Part shown: one piece after another, positions 39,918-42,202 of the stretch
Numbering within the stretch: the first letter of the stretch is position 1
Layout: the number at the start of each line of letters is the position of its first letter
Source of the DNA: Octopus bimaculoides
Lineage: Eukaryota
Direction of reading: 5' to 3'
NCBI RefSeq assembly: GCF_001194135.2
Contig: NC_068999.1
Location: forward strand, 40,038,744 to 40,080,945
Length of the DNA: 42,202 nt
Notes under the pieces: model-generated
Seen by the model: the letters and a program-made list of their open reading frames with translations, nothing else
The model's database searches: none
Told to the model about the DNA's origin: nothing
Position numbers and translations under genes: made by a program

Positions 39918-40120
39918 AGTTGGCGAGTTAGCAGAAACATTAAATCGTGAGAAATACAATAATTTTCAGTATTGTCTCTGGCATTTGCATACTGAGTTAA
40001 AGTTCCGCCACGAAGGTTAGCTTTGCTTTCATCCTTTCGGAGTCGATAGAATAAAGCAGCGGTCAAATACCGGGGTCGATGCAATTGACTTATCTCCTTC
40101 CTCGAACAATTTCTGGGTTA
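39918..40120 (+). mobile_element. SINE family A
   Basis: ggcgagttagcagaaac...ctgagttaaagttccgcc...tttgctttcatcctttcggagtcgatagaataa...ccggggtcgatgcaattgactt. Confidence 0.8.
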
Positions 40121-40806
40121 GAACGAATTATAAAACAGGACGGGAATTTAAACTTTATAAAACAGCTGGGTGAATTAAGATAGGAACACTGCACAAAATC
40201 TCACGTACGTTATTCAATGAATTAATTTCTTAAATATCATTAATCTAATGGATTTGCACCAAATTATTTCGTACTTTTTTTTCTTCAGAATAAAATAACA
40301 GTTTTGGTGGGTAAAGTAATAACCAAAAATAAATCAATGTGCTGAACATGAGAAATCTGCATCTGTCTATAAACGACTTTTTTTATTCTGTATGAGAGAT
40401 TTCTTTTTACTAATTTACAGAAAATCCAAGCGGAGGACAAATAATGGCAAGACAATGAAATAAAACGAATCAAATTAACAATTAAATTTGCTTTTATGCG
40501 TTACATTTCAACACCTGGGCAATGATTATATCTCACTAATTTCTAAACATGGCAACATTCTTTTTGCAAACAGCTTATCTCATTGTTTACGAATGAACAA
40601 TGAATCCTGATTAGACTAACAAACACATTAAGAATGAAAGAAAAAGAGTTCGTTAGAAATCACAACAAAAGAGATCAGAAGTAATATGATTATCATACGC
40701 TATAACTCACCAGCTAAGTTTTATTAATGTTTTGCTTAAATTTAACTTATAATAAAGTTAAATTTAATAAATGCTCACGAGGTTTCTTTTAGCCCAAAGT
40801 CCACTA

Positions 40807-41008
40807 CAATTGGCCTCCAATTTTGGTACAAGGCCAGTAATTTCTAGGGTGAGGGTCAGTCGATTACACCAATTTCAACTGGTGGTTCATTTATCAACAC
40901 TGAAAGGTAAAGGTGACCGCAGCGCAATTTGAACTTAGACGGTGAAGACGAACGGAATGCCGCTAACCTTCTAGCCTGGCGTTCTAACGATTCTGCCAGG
41001 TCACCGCC
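40807..41008 (-). mobile_element. SINE family A, near full length
   Basis: Reverse complement reads ggcggtgacctggcagaatcgttagaacgccaggctag...gcggcattccgttcgtcttcaccgtctaagttcaaattgc...tggccttgtaccaaaattgg. Confidence 0.85.
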
Positions 41009-41091
41009 TTTACGTTGATTAATATTAAATTGACATATCAACAAATATGTCCTGACTTGAGTGTCTTTATTTCTGACGTAAAGCATCGTTG

Positions 41092-41150
<59 letters not shown>

Positions 41151-41649
41151 NNNNNNNNNNNNNNNNNNNNNNNNNNNNNNNNNNNNNNNNNNNNNNNNNN
41201 NNNNNNNNNNNNNNNNNNNNNNNNNNNNNNNNNNNNNNNNNNNNNNNNNNNNNNNNNNNNNNNNNNNNNNNNNNNNNNNNNNNNNNNNNNNNNNNNNNNN
41301 NNNNNNNNNNNNNNNNNNNNNNNNNNNNNNNNNNNNNNNNNNNNNNNNNNNNNNNNNNNNNNNNNNNNNNNNNNNNNNNNNNNNNNNNNNNNNNNNNNNN
41401 NNNNNNNNNNNNNNNNNNNNNNNNNNNNNNNNNNNNNNNNNNNNNNNNNNNNNNNNNNNNNNNNNNNNNNNNNNNNNNNNNNNNNNNNNNNNNNNNNNNN
41501 NNNNNNNNNNNNNNNNNNNNNNNNNNNNNNNNNNNNNNNNNNNNNNNNNNNNNNNNNNNNNNNNNNNNNNNNNNNNNNNNNNNNNNNNNNNNNNNNNNNN
41601 NNNNNNNNNNNNNNNNNNNNNNNNNNNNNNNNNNNNNNNNNNNNNNNNN
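41151..41649. other. Assembly gap (N), preceded by (TC)n(TA)n at 41095-41150
   Basis: N run. Confidence 0.99.
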
Positions 41650-41850
41650 GATGCGTCACCGGGGTGTCTAGACAGGATTTCTATGCTAATTCTGTCCAGT
41701 ACACCACCATGTTGTTCTTTGGCATGCTGGTAGAGCACCGAGGTTTGTTTTTGATTATTATAGTCCCTCCGATGTTTCGTTTACACGCTCAGCCAAACTT
41801 CTTGCCGTTTCACCTATGTATGTCGTGTTTTTGTTTTTACACTCACCATC
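41650..41850 (-). mobile_element. Penelope-like element, GIY-YIG endonuclease fragment
   Basis: Minus strand reads DGECKNKNTTYIGETARSLAERVNE, a +1 frameshift, then HRRDYNNQKQTSVLYQHAKEQHGGVLDRISIEILSRHPGDA. YIGET is at 41820-41806. Confidence 0.88.
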
Positions 41851-42202
41851 CATACAGCTTACCTTTCAACAAAAGAGTATGCATCTCGCCTTACACAGAT
41901 GATAAAACAGAAGCCATGATCTCTTTAGCTAGAAGCAGACTCAAGAAAACATTAACACGTTATATAGCAACTGCACCAACACAAAACGAAGTAGAGGCCC
42001 ACCAACTCGGTACAGTAGCTGCAATGGGCATACGAGAACTAAAACATAGAGTTAGAAACAATGAGATAGTATGCCTCCCTACAGACAAATCAGGCAGGAT
42101 ATCGGCAGACAGCCTGCAAAACTACACCCATACGATGCAAAAGCATATAGAAGATATGGGAGAAGTTACACCGCAAGAATATGAAAAAGTAGAGAAAATT
42201 CT
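41850..42202 (+). mobile_element. Penelope-like element, N-terminal part of the reverse transcriptase (open frame, runs off the window)
   Basis: 117 stop-free codons: PYSLPFNKRVCISP...GIRELKHRVRNNEIVCLPTDKSGRIS...YEKVEKI. PTDKSG (42078-95) is the conserved DK(G/S) motif preceding the Penelope RT core. It is absent from the ORF track because it has no stop in the window. Confidence 0.85.

Noticed and set aside
1-42202. CRISPR arrays, tRNA or rRNA genes, prokaryote-style operons
   Set aside because: None seen. tRNA-like boxes occur only as SINE heads, and the DNA is clearly eukaryotic and repeat-derived.

Overview
AT-rich, microsatellite-dense, repeat-rich eukaryotic DNA with five N-gaps. It is probably a large intron or intergenic region. 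The SINE families and microsatellite style resemble a coleoid cephalopod such as Octopus (recalled, not verified). I cannot confidently identify any host protein-coding gene; most ORFs in the track are translated microsatellites or run through N-gaps. The supportable content is mobile DNA. It includes about 15 copies of two tRNA-derived SINE families, a decayed CR1/L2-type LINE reverse transcriptase, the 3' end of an R4/Dong-like LINE, and a near full-length dead mariner transposase. There are weaker hAT, Tc1-like and Polinton-like relics. At the right edge a Penelope-like element has its GIY-YIG part and its RT part joined in opposite orientations. The most interesting observations are that inverted Penelope junction, an apparent locally templated 137-bp insertion splitting a SINE, the possible Polinton-type polymerase relic, and a dense bZIP/CCAAT motif cluster next to a strong splice donor. 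I found no convincing evidence for a novel multi-gene system.
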